Shown here in pieces: positions 40,455-54,049 of a DNA stretch of 64,000 nt. Origin of the DNA: Octopus sinensis (taxonomy: Eukaryota). Location: the NCBI RefSeq assembly GCF_006345805.1, contig NC_043003.1, positions 111,848,001 through 111,912,000 of the forward strand, written 5' to 3'. The position numbers were made by a program, and so were the translations under genes. Under the pieces are notes generated by a model. The model did no database searches. It was not told the DNA's origin and saw only the letters and a program-made list of their open reading frames with translations. Each line of letters opens with the position of its first letter. Position 1 is the first letter of the stretch.

Positions 40455-41414
40455 CAGCATCATTCGACAATAAGGCGGGTGCGAGGAGATTTGTAATAGA
40501 GTGCTTATTTAACAGTGTAAACGATATATCAACAGATCATCGTTCTTCTTCAAGCTGAAAATGTGAAAATGAAAACATCAGCAGAACCACAGGGATAGGA
40601 AATATAAACGAGGAAATCCTGTGTTCCTATTTTGATGACGTCAACATTTTTCAATTTTGTAACTGGTGAAAGGAAAGAGAAAGTAAAATGACGAAAGAAA
40701 ATTTAGTGGAACAGTTTTGTGTAAATATGATGAAACTCACCTGTCATTTTATTTGTTCCGCCAGGGCGAAATGCAATTCACAAGTACGTACTTATGCATT
40801 TCGAAGACTGAAAATGTAGTAGAATCAGAATATTTTGTGAGAATGAGTAGAATCAGCTGCTCCTCAATATTGCAGTCGCTTGATGTAAAATTTTCGGCAA
40901 GTTCTGTCGAACTACTGTTATTGTGCCTGACATCATACTTGTGCCCATTGAATCATTTGTTTATTTATTCTGTTATACAATCAACATAAATCAAGTTGTT
41001 TTGGTGCATTCTGCTGCGTACACCAACTGGGAATCTTTACATGTCCAACTTTCGGTATAAATTATTTCTGTTATGATTCATAAGAGAATTGACTTGACTC
41101 AAGTTATTGCACAACGAACAAGGCTTATCTTCGTGTAACTGCCTTTCAAGGCACGGCGTTCTGAAACGCTAATGCTATTTTACTTCGAGTTACAGGTAGC
41201 GGTGGCTAACATATATCTTATACTTTTATTCCGCCGAAAAGCTACAATAGGCGGCTGAGGAATATTTGTTTAAGACGAGGATATTTTTCTGCAATATGTT
41301 GGCAACTTCCATGTAACACTTTTAAAATGCGAGCGAAATTTCGGTGTCACTTAATCACTAAAGGAATTCCATCACCAATTTTACTTTGGCGCTAAGTTTA
41401 GCAACTAAGTTTAG

Positions 41415-41583
41415 TTTTGTTGGAGCTCCTCTTTGGTAGACCTCTCATTGACTTTCTCAAGTTTCACTTGAAAAGGAAATTGAGTGTGGAGATGGAAGTG
41501 CTGTCCTCGAGTGAATTTATTGAAAGGTGGGTGAAAGTTGCGAAAATGGCAACAGTGGATGGTATCTCTTTGTTATATCGCAC
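41415..41583 (+). mobile_element. Second copy of the same Tx1 ORF2 3' fragment
   Basis: Roughly 90% identical to 39712-39880 by eye. Confidence 0.8.
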
Positions 41584-41689
41584 TTTGTTTAGCAACTTCA
41601 TTTGCAATTTCTTTTAATCGTGGTTCACTGTAAATGCGTTTGTCATAAAAGTGTACGAAAACATTTGCCTGTTTCCAGTAATCCCCACT

Positions 41690-42240
41690 ACCAATACAAA
41701 TCTAAGATTTTGGATTTGAGGTGGATGATCGGATTACACATGAATGATCGGAGCGCCGAAGGCGGTAAATGTGGGATGATGGGGTCTTGCAAAATATCTT
41801 TGTTACTATTCTACCTCCAGAAAACTTGACTTTTGTGTCCAAAACCTCAACGTTAGTTTTTGAAAAACTAGACTTGAATGTTTTATTAGACTTAAAGGCA
41901 TAGCTTTTAGTGTAAAAGTTACAGAAATGCAAGAAATTAATTAAGCTGTCCTGCAATGCTTTCCAGACAAAAAAGATGTAATCTATGAACCGTAAGCGGA
42001 GTACTTTAGTTCATTGCCATGCAGGGATTTGAGTGTCTTCAGTAACTGTGTCTCGAATTTCATCATGAAGAAATTAGCTAAATTAACTGCTATTGGGATA
42101 CCCACGGCGCAACTCCTGGCCTGGTGGTAAAAATGTTGTCCAAATTTCTTTCTGTTACTGTGTAACAACTTCATTAACAACTTCATTAAAGTACAGAGAA
42201 AATTAGATAGAATATTTTGTTTGTTTTTCGAATGCATTCA
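41690..42240 (-). mobile_element. Penelope-like RT fragment, degenerate
   Basis: FYHQARSCAVGIPIAVNLANFFMMKFE (YxQxxGxAMGxPxAPxxANLFMxxFE), RFIDYIFFVW (RYIDDIFxIW), LINFLHFCN, VEVLDTKV. Confidence 0.8.
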
Positions 42241-44757
42241 TGCATGATTTCACCTTCTCATATTCGTCAATATACAAATATATTGAAGAAACATCAATGT
42301 TGTTGTCATCATCACCATATATGCCGTTCTTGTTTGGAGAAGTATCTGCCTAAACCATTTCTTTATATCAAATACAGTTACAGTTTAAAAAATATAAAAT
42401 GCAAACTCAAGGTAAAATGTATCCGACCCAACATTATAGCAAACAACATCCCACTCCAAGGAATACTTAGTCTTATCATTACAAGCTTCGTTTAAATTTA
42501 CATTGTGTTTTTGGGTATCCTTTGAAACGCTCGTGGCTAGTAAAGAAAGTTCTTTTTGTTACATGTATTATTCAATTTTAATATTGTTATTGTATGCAGG
42601 AAATAGCATGCACTTTTCTGTAGGTTATTATTGGAAATTATATGTCACTATTACATTCTAATTAACGAGTCATTATATGAGTTTCTTCCAGTAAGAAGAT
42701 AATTTTTACGTATTGTTTCTTTTACCTTCTGCTAGTTCAAAGATATATATCAGCGAAATTATTGCCTAAACGCTTATATTTAAAGTAATTAAATTCACTA
42801 TTAACTTATTGAGATGTTTGTAATGATATAGCACGTAAATGCATAAACAAGTTTGAATTTGTTTCGAGGTAAAAATATTTAACTTTCAGAGCTAACCGGC
42901 AGAAAGATGTTCATTTCTCAAGATTCTTATCAACTATTATAAGTGAATAGGTTGGTTGGAATTGTGAGGCTTGAACTCAAACCATTTACAAGAAAAAAAA
43001 TCTTTCGACGTGCATCTCAGAATACTAAACAGTATTTAAAACGTATTGTGCGTACGGAGAAAGATAATCAATAAAAATTTATTTGACTGAGATCATTAGA
43101 TTTTAGCTTCATCCTTCTTGAGTCCGTGATAGCTATTTCACAGGTCAGAATGAAAAGAATAATGATAGAGTGGGCACAACGAACGTGACTGTATTTTGTT
43201 TCGGTCATGTATGTGCTTTTGCGTAATATCAATCCTTAATTTAAAAACATATATAAACAAAACAAACAGAATAATCTATTGCGAAATTATCTACAGTGTT
43301 TATGTGAATCTGTATGAACATACTTATACTACAGATAAAAGTGTTTGCTGCGAATCAATTACCTTTATTCTCACGTATATCTACTAAGTTCTCCGAATAA
43401 TATACAAAAATCAAATTTTTTCTCCATCAGTTCATTTTGTCTCGACTCAAACTTTTGCAAATAAATCGATAAAATGTGCACATATATGCATGCAGACAAT
43501 GGCATAAAATCGATTGTCTGCTTCGAAGTAAGAGATTAAGACATTGAATTTCTCCTTTGTTAAAAAAAGACGTTTGATGAATTTTAAATATTCTTTTAAT
43601 GAACTTCGAAATATGAAAAGGTGAAGGCTTTCCTTTTCTCTTTTACATGTTTTAATGGCGTCATTTTTACTGATCGTTTCTTTACATGTTATTTGTCTTG
43701 AGCAGAAGAAAATGCATAATTTTGATTGAAGGTTTTCGTTTATTTTATGTTATGTACTACGTTGCCTTGTTTGTTAATCAAGGAATTTTTTCCTCACCCT
43801 CTATATAATAGAAATTAAAGCATTGCTAATAAAAAACAGGAACTCTTTTAAAGTGGAATATTAAAAGTGCTTTCGAAAATATCTAAAATACAATGTTCTA
43901 GTACACATTGTCTTTTTTTACAATTGCTTGTCAGATGTACAGTAAAATTTCGTTTCTCATATCTTGCAATAGCTGCTTTATATGTGCCAACAAAACAACT
44001 TTGTAGTGTTGTTTACAAATAACTGTACATAAAGTATGTTTGCTAATCAAAGTATGTTAAACATTGCCGCTATTAATTCATTATGGGTATCAGTCAATAT
44101 CTAAGGCACATTTCTGCCTTGTAAAACTCATCAACTATTGAATTTTGAATGCCAGATTGATCAGATAGTTAACAGCGTCCCACGTTTTCACCTTGTGATA
44201 TTCTTATTTTTTCAAATTATGTAATTCTGAGCGAGTGCACTGATGAATATTGTGTTTTATATATGTACCCGGTATCCGTAGTCTAACATGACCCATTGTT
44301 GTTTGACGCAAATGTTATTTTTCTAGAAATCAAATCCTTTATTTTCTGTAATATGCGACTGAATATCTCAATCTTAGAAATTTCGGATGAAGAGAAATAT
44401 GCCTACTTGAAAATGGTGCAGCTAAGGTGGACTTTATTTATACATTGTATCTAGTATAATATATTCAAGTTCCCTCAGGATATGCATTATGGATTTGGTT
44501 AAAATAATTTCTAATAGCAAACCAAATAGTGAATATATTGTTCACATAGATTCCTGACCAACATTGGCTTCATTCGATTTGCGTTAATGCCACAATTAAA
44601 TGTACCATAAATCTCCAAAAGTTTGGCATAAGTATAAAATAATTCCACTTGGCATCGTATGATGACTATTTGCACACAAATTACAGAAAACCTTCGTTGA
44701 AATTACAATTATTACTAACCCTTGCTAAATTTTGAAATTCGGTGAAGGAATGTAATG

Positions 44758-44792
<35 letters not shown>

Positions 44793-44817
44793 CATACATA
44801 TATATATATATATTAAT

Positions 44818-45350
44818 GATGCAAAACTGAGTGCATGAACGTCATAAGAACTACCATGAAGTTACTTGGAATGGACGCAAAGGCCATAGAAATCTTTGCT
44901 TCTGACCGAACTGGATTGGGATCAAAAGTGTGGAATGGAGTGAAAGCTTTTGAGGAGACGAAGATTCAAAAGAGATTCAAAGAAGATTGTTGCAATCAAT
45001 GAGAATGTAAATCTCAGCGAACTTTTTGTGTGCACAAGCTGTGACAGACCATGGCTTTCTTCTGCTGAACTCAGACCTCATTTGCGGATCCATGAAAACC
45101 GAGCCTCTACCAACTACTCTGCTTATATATCTTTGCACACCTTTCAATGCCGTGTTAGGTCACAACGTAGGCAAACCTAGCGAAGGCCTCGAAAGACATT
45201 TTAATCACCATAAAGTTCAGAACTGAACTGCAGCTTATGGTGGTCTAAATCAGATATGGGTGTCTTTTCAATACATTGTCTGGTTTAAGAAGCCACATCA
45301 GCCGCCATCATGGATCTAAGGTGTAAGTACAAGTCGTAGTCGGACAACCA

Positions 45351-45352
<2 letters not shown>
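44818..45352 (+). mobile_element. RTE-clade LINE 3' fragment with C2H2-like C-terminus
   Basis: LGMDAKAIEIFASDR...VWNGVKAFEE, FVCTSCDRPWLSSAELRPHLRIH, LSGLRSHISRHH. Confidence 0.75.
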
Positions 45353-45416
<64 letters not shown>

Positions 45417-45421
<5 letters not shown>

Positions 45422-45714
45422 CAGGATGTGTGTGTGTACGTGACTTTAATTTATGCACGTCCACAAATTAGCATGCCCGTCTCTCCAATTTTTAGAGGAC
45501 ATTCGTCAGGACCTTAGCTCTATTTTTACCAGAGGCACCAGCGAGCGAGTACCAGTCAAAAATAAATGTTCGACCAAAACCTTTAACAATTTCAACTTAG
45601 AGAAATCACCAGTTTGCAAACAGGAGTTAAGTCCCTTTCTAGCGACAGGTAAGTTTTTGTTAAGACGTTTGTTGGTTTTTCCAGGAAAAAGCGTTCTGTT
45701 GATATACGGGGAAT

Positions 45715-45750
<36 letters not shown>

Positions 45751-45819
45751 ACACAAACACACTAAGATATATGCATACAAAAAACATTACGAGGCTGCAT
45801 TTTTGTGTGTATGTGTCGC

Positions 45820-45854
<35 letters not shown>

Positions 45855-45913
45855 CCGCCATCATGGATCTAAGGTGTAAGTACAAGTCGTAGTCGGACAA
45901 CCACCAATATATA

Positions 45914-45955
<42 letters not shown>

Positions 45956-46076
45956 AATTTCAACGGGTTTCGCTCAAATTTTACGTCGATGTTACTTAGC
46001 TTGGTTTGAAATAAAAAAAACTTGAGTAGCCTAATAATCCTAACTTAATCCCGGGCAAAGTCGGGTTATACTGCTA

Positions 46077-46077
<1 letters not shown>
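45417..46077 (+). mobile_element. Non-autonomous Helitron-like element in (TA)n context
   Basis: 3' hairpin AATCCCGGGCAAAGTCGGGTT then CTAG|T (46074-46078); A|TCTATATA at 45913; TATATAAGGCAGGATGTGTG 5'-like sequence at 45412. Confidence 0.65.
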
Positions 46078-46126
<49 letters not shown>

Positions 46127-46127
46127 A

Positions 46128-46159
<32 letters not shown>

Positions 46160-48638
46160 TGTGTGTGTGTGTGTGGTGTGTGTGTGTCTGCGTGTATATA
46201 TATATAAGTGTATCTAAGAGCAGAACCACTGAAATATATTCTACAATATATTTGTACTATATCCTCATAAAAACATGTATCGCCTAATACTTACGAATGT
46301 TTCAAGGAGAAACAGCGCGTTTCACATTATTTTCCAAATTCTGTAAGTCATTCCAGATGTAAAGTCTCGTGTCTCACCTACCTTTTTTTCTTACCCAAGC
46401 TGTGAAGCCTTTCATCTAACATCCATTTGTGTCATGTAGAATATTAGATTACGTTTATGGGAAGAGAGTAAATTAGAAGAATAATGAATTAACTTGTTTT
46501 AATTAAGTTAATGTATTGTAGGGTTAACAATTTATTGAGGCGCTCTATGCACAATGGAAATAAAATGATAATCTAAAATGAACAGATTATCACGTTAAGT
46601 AATTACTCAAAATAAAATAGTTCTAAGAAATATATAAAAGAATATCACCATCACTATCACGTCAACCGGTATAGGTGATAGTATAATTGTCGATTCTCTC
46701 TTAATTTACAGCGTGGTTCAAAAATATTTTATCGACATTACCACATAAAGCACAGTTTTATATGTAAAACACAGGATGGAGAATAACCTGTCATTTTGTT
46801 GACACCAAAACCGCTGTTAGAATTCCAAAGCTGACGTTAGTGAATTGCAAAAATCTAATTTAGTGAGAATAGGATATTTTTTTTAAAGTATCATATTGTA
46901 AAATACCTTAGAACAATAAAGATTATTTAAAAATGGGTGGTATCCGGTGTTGGTTTTCGCATTAAGAATGTACAGGTTGTAAGGGTACGTGCATAAATGA
47001 AAGAATTTGAGCTTTTGCTGATGTAAAATGTAAAACTGAAAAATTGCTGTAGTAGTTCTAAAATCATAAGCCTGTTATACTTTTATGCTAAAAAAGCATA
47101 AATACTCTAATTATTTCTTACCTATTTAGCATAAAAAACAGAAAAGCATAAATTTCGTTTCTACTTAAATTGTGTTTAACGGCTGTTTCATCAAGATGAA
47201 AACTACCAGATATATAATTACATAATTGTGATGCATAATTAATTTAAATTATATTTAATTAATTTCAATAACTGTGTTTACCCAAATTCTCATCATGGAG
47301 ATTTTCATTTTATTTTCCTCCAGCTTCAACTTAAACATATGCAATAAAAGCGAACCAACCAAATCATAATAGATATTCTAGTGATTCCCTAATTAAATTG
47401 ATACGTTAACATAATCATATTTGATTAAACATTCCAGTGAGTGTCCCGTGCATCGTATAACTTTCTTCCATAAATTACAAGCAGTATTTCTTTAATTACA
47501 CACAATGGCACCTTTAAGAGTAGGAAGGACTAATCGTCTGAAACGTGCTTTTAATTCAATATGGTGCATATGAAACTATACATTATTACATTTTATGCAT
47601 TGTTTCATTCGGTAGAGAACAGGGGTCAGTGCCCATGAAAATTTACTGAATTACTGAGGATAAGCGAGAAGCTAGCAAGATTTCTTCAAAACCGAACACT
47701 GATCTGCATATTTGCGGAAAACCACGTTATTACCGGGTGGTGGTTTTAAGCTTTATGATGTATAAAGCCGAACATCTAATTATTCCATCTTCATATAGAC
47801 TCTCAATGCCGTAAAAAAAAACAATGTATGGAATGCAGCATATAAACCAGATGATGGTTCTCCAACTGCACTCACCAGAATAATTTGTTCTTATCTATCA
47901 GTTAATACATATGTGTGTGCGTGCGCGCGTGCGTGTATGTGTGTATGTGTGCGTGTGCGCGTGGGCGTGTGTATGTGTGTGTCGGACAAAAGAAATCTTC
48001 CTACACAAGGACAAAAGTAAGGCTACTAAGTTGGCTAGCCATGGATGGTGTTTCAACTCAAACGCCAATCCATATAGAATAATATAGAAAATAATCGAAA
48101 CTTGCACACCATATGTTAACGGATTAAAAACACGTACACTATGCGTAGCTGAATAAACTAAGATATTTTCCAGATCTAAGAATTTCAACACAATGCTAAA
48201 GTCTAGATCTGAAATTTTCATGGCTAAGATCCTGTGGACGATTTGAAAAGTACCACCCTCTCCAGATTGAACATCCATTATGTTTTAAGCTTCATACGTT
48301 AACGTCAAAGAGGAGATGACCCTAATTCACGCCCCTTTGCTTCCTTCAGATTTCTTTATCGTTTTGAAGTTTTTCCAACCCTCCACATTTTATATCAAAG
48401 TCTTCCTCATATTTTCTAGCTTTTCTCACACCCTATCGTCTCATTTTAAGAGTTTTGTACCATGTGGCCACTGCCTGAAACTTGAAGATAGCACTGAAAC
48501 ACCAAACGTTTTCAAAATACAGTCTAACATACTCGCATTATATGCTGTGTTTATATATATATATGCTGTTTGCCGACAAATGTTTCTGCTCTTAAAACAT
48601 TTTATCCTATATATACGGTTCTACCAGCGTTGAAAATA

Positions 48639-48717
<79 letters not shown>

Positions 48718-48819
48718 TGAGAAATAGATTAACGCATAGAAACATATTTGTCTATGAGTGAATCGGTGTTAGTTTATATAATTATGTATGCAAATACATG
48801 TATTAGTGTGTGCGTGTGC

Positions 48820-48903
<84 letters not shown>

Positions 48904-48910
48904 GTGTGTG

Positions 48911-49925
48911 TACATGGATCAAAACAGTTTGAATCAAATTCGTTGGTTCACTTGAGTTTCAAGAGTGATAACAGACTTCAGCCATTTCAATTTCAATGAC
49001 GTAAGTTCATTGTTATTACCGGTTGAGGTTAGTATAGGAGTAACTGTAAGTTGGAAATTACCACAGGTTGAACTGTCAATCGATTGCTTGGTGGATGGGA
49101 AATCGTTCAGTTGTTGGAGGGGGAGTACGAAGGAGCGGCATGTGCAAGTGTATACTTGCATATGTAGATGTGTAGACTTGCTCATATGGTTTCTGCTGGA
49201 GTTTCTGTATTGATGCGATCGTGCACATCTGTACATGGGCGTGCACTAGTACGCCTACTCATACACACATACATATATGAACGAAAATGCTTGCGCGGCA
49301 CATAAACATACGCACAAACATACGCACATGCAAGCGCACAGGCATGAGTATGCATAGGCATACTCGCTAGCACGCATGCATGAGCATATATGCTCATAAC
49401 AAGCTTTGGAGATTGGTGAGCGTTGGGAATTCGTAATTTGCTGTCCTGTTCATGGGGTTGGTTGGTTGTAGTGAGCTTGGTGCTGAAGGTGCAGAATAGC
49501 AACTGGTACTAATGTGGTGTGTCCGAGTTGACGGCAGAAATTTACCAGAACGGAATACTTCTGCAGCAGTAAGATAAGCCTTATTTCTTGTTGATGGATA
49601 GTGTGGACTGCTGGAAGGGTTTTTCGTGGAGGCAGATCTAGCATTTGGTGTGGCAGAGTGAATATAGTGCCGCTTTGTCGACAACAGTCCACTTGATGCT
49701 GGGTGTTTTGTCTCGGAATTTACGGTGTCTCCAGAGAAAACGAGACAGAGAAATAGAATTCCATGCTGGATTACAGTCTTGAAGATTTTCAGTCGAATGA
49801 GACAAACGCAGCATTTACTTCGGTTAAGCCTGCTGGTTACTCTATACGTCTCCTTTGGTAAACTGTTACGTTACGTGAATATAAGCCCACCAATACCAGT
49901 TGTTAATCGATGGGGATGTAACTAA
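48911..49925 (-). mobile_element. Penelope-like 3' fragment (GIY-YIG C-terminal region), copy 1
   Basis: SLSRFLW...IKWTVVDKAALY...KC*ICLHEK...INKK resembles LSxYIW..IKWxIxxKAxPY...CxLCLxEK...LNKR. Confidence 0.65.
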
Positions 49926-50051
49926 CATAGACACGAAGACTACACACACACCTACATACATATAATAACACAGATGGACTGAAGCTCGCTACATGTGTTT
50001 CAGGCGTATGCATGTATATATAAAAACAACGTTCTCTTTTGAGTATGAATA

Positions 50052-50222
50052 ATTGGGTACACTACCAGCAGTATATTAGATAGGTACTATACCTTAGTTG
50101 GTTGCTTTCTTAACCTCTAATTCTAAAAGAATATATACATATTTCTGTGAGATTTAGAAAGTCAACCAACTAAAACTAATGGTTAGTACCTATCCAATAT
50201 AATGCTGCTAGTTTTACCCAGT
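50052..50222. mobile_element. Foldback MITE with ~65 bp imperfect TIRs and TA flanks (duplicated at 51423-51593)
   Basis: Left arm ATTGGGTACACTACCAGCAGTATATTAGATAGGTACTA..TTAGTTGGTTG matches the reverse complement of the right arm; TA on both sides. Confidence 0.75.
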
Positions 50223-50237
50223 TATATATATATATAT

Positions 50238-50281
<44 letters not shown>

Positions 50282-50282
<1 letters not shown>

Positions 50283-51296
50283 ACATGGATCAAAACAGTT
50301 TGAATCAAATTCGTTGGTTCACTTGAGTTTCAAGAGTGATAACAGACTTCAGCCATTTCAATTTCAATGACGTAAGTTCATTGTTATTACCGGTTGAGGT
50401 TAGTATAGGAGTAACTGTAAGTTGGAAATTACCACAGGTTGAACTGTCAATCGATTGCTTGGTGGATGGGAAATCGTTCAGTTTGTTGGAGGGGGAGTAC
50501 GAAGGAGCGGCATGTGCAAGTGTATACTTGCATATGTAGATGTGTAGACTTGCTCATATGGTTTCTGCTGGAGTTTCTGTATTGATGCGATCGTGCACAT
50601 CTGTACATGGGCGTGCACTAGTACGCCTACTCATACACACATACATATATGAACGAAAATGCTTGCGCGGCACATAAACATACGCACAAACATACGCACA
50701 TGCAAGCGCACAGGCATGAGTATGCATAGGCATACTCGCTAGCACGCATGCATGAGCATATATGCTCATAACAAGCTTTGGAGATTGGTGAGCGTTGGGA
50801 ATTCGTAATTTGCTGTCCTGTTCATGGGGTTGGTTGGTTGTAGTGAGCTTGGTGCTGAAGGTGCAGAATAGCAACTGGTACTAATGTGGTGTGTCCGAGT
50901 TGACGGCAGAAATTTACCAGAACGGAATACTTCTGCAGCAGTAAGATAAGCCTTATTTCTTGTTGATGGATAGTGTGGACTGCTGGAAGGGTTTTTCGTG
51001 GAGGCAGATCTAGCATTTGGTGTGGCAGAGTGAATATAGTGCCGCTTTGTCGACAACAGTCCACTTGATGCTGGTGTTTTGTCTCGGAATTTACGGTGTC
51101 TCCAGAGAAAACGAGACAGAGAAATAGAATTCCATGCTGGATTACAGTCTTGAAGATTTTCAGTCGAATGAGACAAACGCAGCATTTACTTCGGTTAAGC
51201 CTGCTGGTTACTCTATACGTCTCCTTTGGTAAACTGTTACGTTACGTGAATATAAGCCCACCAATACCAGTTGTTAATCGATGGGGATGTAACTAA
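50282..51296 (-). mobile_element. Penelope-like 3' fragment, copy 2
   Basis: Duplicate of 48911-49925. Confidence 0.65.
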
Positions 51297-51592
51297 CATA
51301 GACACGAAGACTACACACACACCTACATACATATAATAACACAGATGGACTGAAGCTCGCTACATGTGTTTCAGGCGTATGCATGTATATATAAAAACAA
51401 CGTCCTCTTTTGAGTATGAATAATTGGGTACACTACCAGCAGTATATTAGATAGGTACTATACCTTAGTTGGTTGCTTTCTTAACCTCTAATTCTAAAAG
51501 AATATATACATATTTCTGTGAGATTTAGAAAGTCAACCAACTAAAACTAATGGTTAGTACCTATCCAATATAATGCTGCTAGTTTTACCCAG

Positions 51593-51594
<2 letters not shown>

Positions 51595-51644
<50 letters not shown>

Positions 51645-52363
51645 ATACATATACAGATTTACACATATATGAATATGTATATATATACAGACATATATAT
51701 ATATATAATATATATATTATATATATATATATATATAGATAGATAAATAGATATCCATATAGATATATATACGAGTGTAAAATCGTGTGTGTATAGGCAC
51801 ACAGTTATATTTGTATAGTTGCTTATATACTGATGTATATATAATAGGAATATATGTGTGGGGGAGGGAAGTATACAACATATATCTGCATACATGTATA
51901 TGTGCTTTTCTGTATGCATTCGTATGTAAATTTGATTCTGTGGGGGAGGGGGCATTATATTCTATACGCAAGCTTATGGCATTAAATCAACGTTACCAAC
52001 GATTCTATCACAGTTTGTGCTATTCATTTCTTTGAATAGCAGTTTATAAGAACCATTACATATTTTAAACGCTTTTGCTATTCTTTATGTTTGAATATAT
52101 TAATATATGATTTTATCGTCTCAAGTAAGATTCAAATTATTCAAATTGCAAAGAATTCAAGAGGGATTTCTCCAACAAGTTTAATTTATTATATGTTTAT
52201 ATTTCGTTTCTTAATCTTCTGCAAATATAATTTCTCTTTACTTATTTACGTTTTTAGTTGAAATTGCAGCACAGAAGTTTCTAAGGATATATTTTTCATT
52301 GCTTTTTGTTTTATATAACTTTGTAAAATATCCGAAACCTAGTGTAATGTGGACATATATACA

Positions 52364-52439
<76 letters not shown>

Positions 52440-52632
52440 ATATATATATATATAATATATATATATATACGTATGTAAATATACATGTATATATACAGAC
52501 ATAAATATATATATATGTGTGTGTATGTACGTATGCGTGTACGTGTGTGTGTAGGTGAGCGTGTAAATATAAGCGTATATGTACATGTATATGTATATAT
52601 ATATATATGCATGTATACACATACACACACAT

Positions 52633-52670
<38 letters not shown>

Positions 52671-53222
52671 GCAAATATATATATATATATATATATATAT
52701 GCGTGTGCGTGTGTGCGTGAGTGTGTATGTATTTCCTGTTTTAATTCTATAGTTTATAAACAAATACTTCAATAATTGCACCGAAACAGACGTTCACACA
52801 GAAGCGCACTCACCACAAAATCTTACATACTTACAGACACAGACAGAGGATGGTTGTCTTTGAAACATGTATTAAATTCGAAAACTACATAAATACGTTT
52901 ATATCATAATTCATATATACATGCGCAACTATATCTACAAGTATATACATAGTGAGAGATTCATATATATATTTATATATAATACATCTTATTGTGTGCG
53001 ACCATATATCTATCTATCTATCTATATACATTTACATATATGTGTGTGTACACATATACATATATATGAATGTATACACGCACGTCACATATGTATATAT
53101 GTGTATATTTAGATCTACACATATGTGTGTATATATATATACTTATATGCATGAATATATATATATATAATATATATATATATACATATATATATATAAA
53201 ATATACAAATACACACAAACAC

Positions 53223-53320
<98 letters not shown>
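51595..53320. repeat. Long compound (TA)/(CA)/(TG) low-complexity region
   Basis: Seen directly. Confidence 0.9.
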
Positions 53321-53352
53321 ATAATAAACAGTTATTTTGTTCCTCGGTAATA

Positions 53353-53518
53353 GAAATACAGAAAAATATTTGAAATACAGAAAAAAAGTTGAAAATACAG
53401 AAAAAAGTTGAAAATACAGAAAAAGAGTTGAAAATACAGAAAAAAAGTTGAAAATACAGAAAAAAAGTTGAAAATACAGAAAAAAAGTTGAAAATACAGA
53501 AAAAAAGTTGAAAATACA
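53353..53518. repeat. ~20 bp minisatellite GAAAATACAGAAAAAAAGTT, about 8 units
   Basis: Seen directly. Confidence 0.95.
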
Positions 53519-54049
53519 CTGGGAATAGTTAATTTTTTTATTATATGCAATAATTTAATCCCCTTCGCAGTCAACAATGACTTACAAAAGATGTGGGTTA
53601 TGACGTCGCAACTCTCTTGCTTCTGGCAAGTGCTTGGGGCGTTCCCTATATTTTGTGTTCTTGATAGAAATTGACTTGTAGAGATGGAGACCCAACAAAT
53701 TGTGTTACGTCCCCATCTACGTCCGTGTGTTTGTGTTTGGCGTCGTAAGTTAAGGCTGACACGGTTGAGTGACCATGGGTAGTGACACTACCGATCAATG
53801 AATGCTATGAATGTTTTCTGTCAAGTGTTGTAGAGAATGATCATGTGGTTAAGTTTAGAACCTTTCGTATGTTTCCTGCTAGATCCATGCGATATTATCA
53901 CGTGATGGTATATTTTGTACTAAAATTAAGCCCGACAACGTCGATTGAACATATTTAACTAAAGTCAAAGCATTCTGAATTTAATGTGCCAGGTATGATA
54001 GTAGACAGTTTTCGTTTTTATGTAGTCCAAAGGCTAAAGTTTGGGCTGT

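Larger units (their letters stand above)
48911..51592. repeat. Tandem duplication, period 1371 bp (48911-50221 and 50282-51592)
   Basis: Near-identical copies, each bounded by (TA)n(TG)n; duplicated ORFs in the track are offset by 1371-1372. Confidence 0.97.

Noticed and set aside
46290-46340. Minus-strand 46-nt exon with CAG acceptor and GTAAGT donor
   Set aside because: Stops in all three frames and no ATG context; likely chance
47913-47981. Alternating purine-pyrimidine tract as a Z-DNA regulatory element
   Set aside because: Indistinguishable from the many decayed (CA/TG)n microsatellites in the window
53353-53518. CRISPR-like array
   Set aside because: No unique spacers, eukaryotic context, no cas genes
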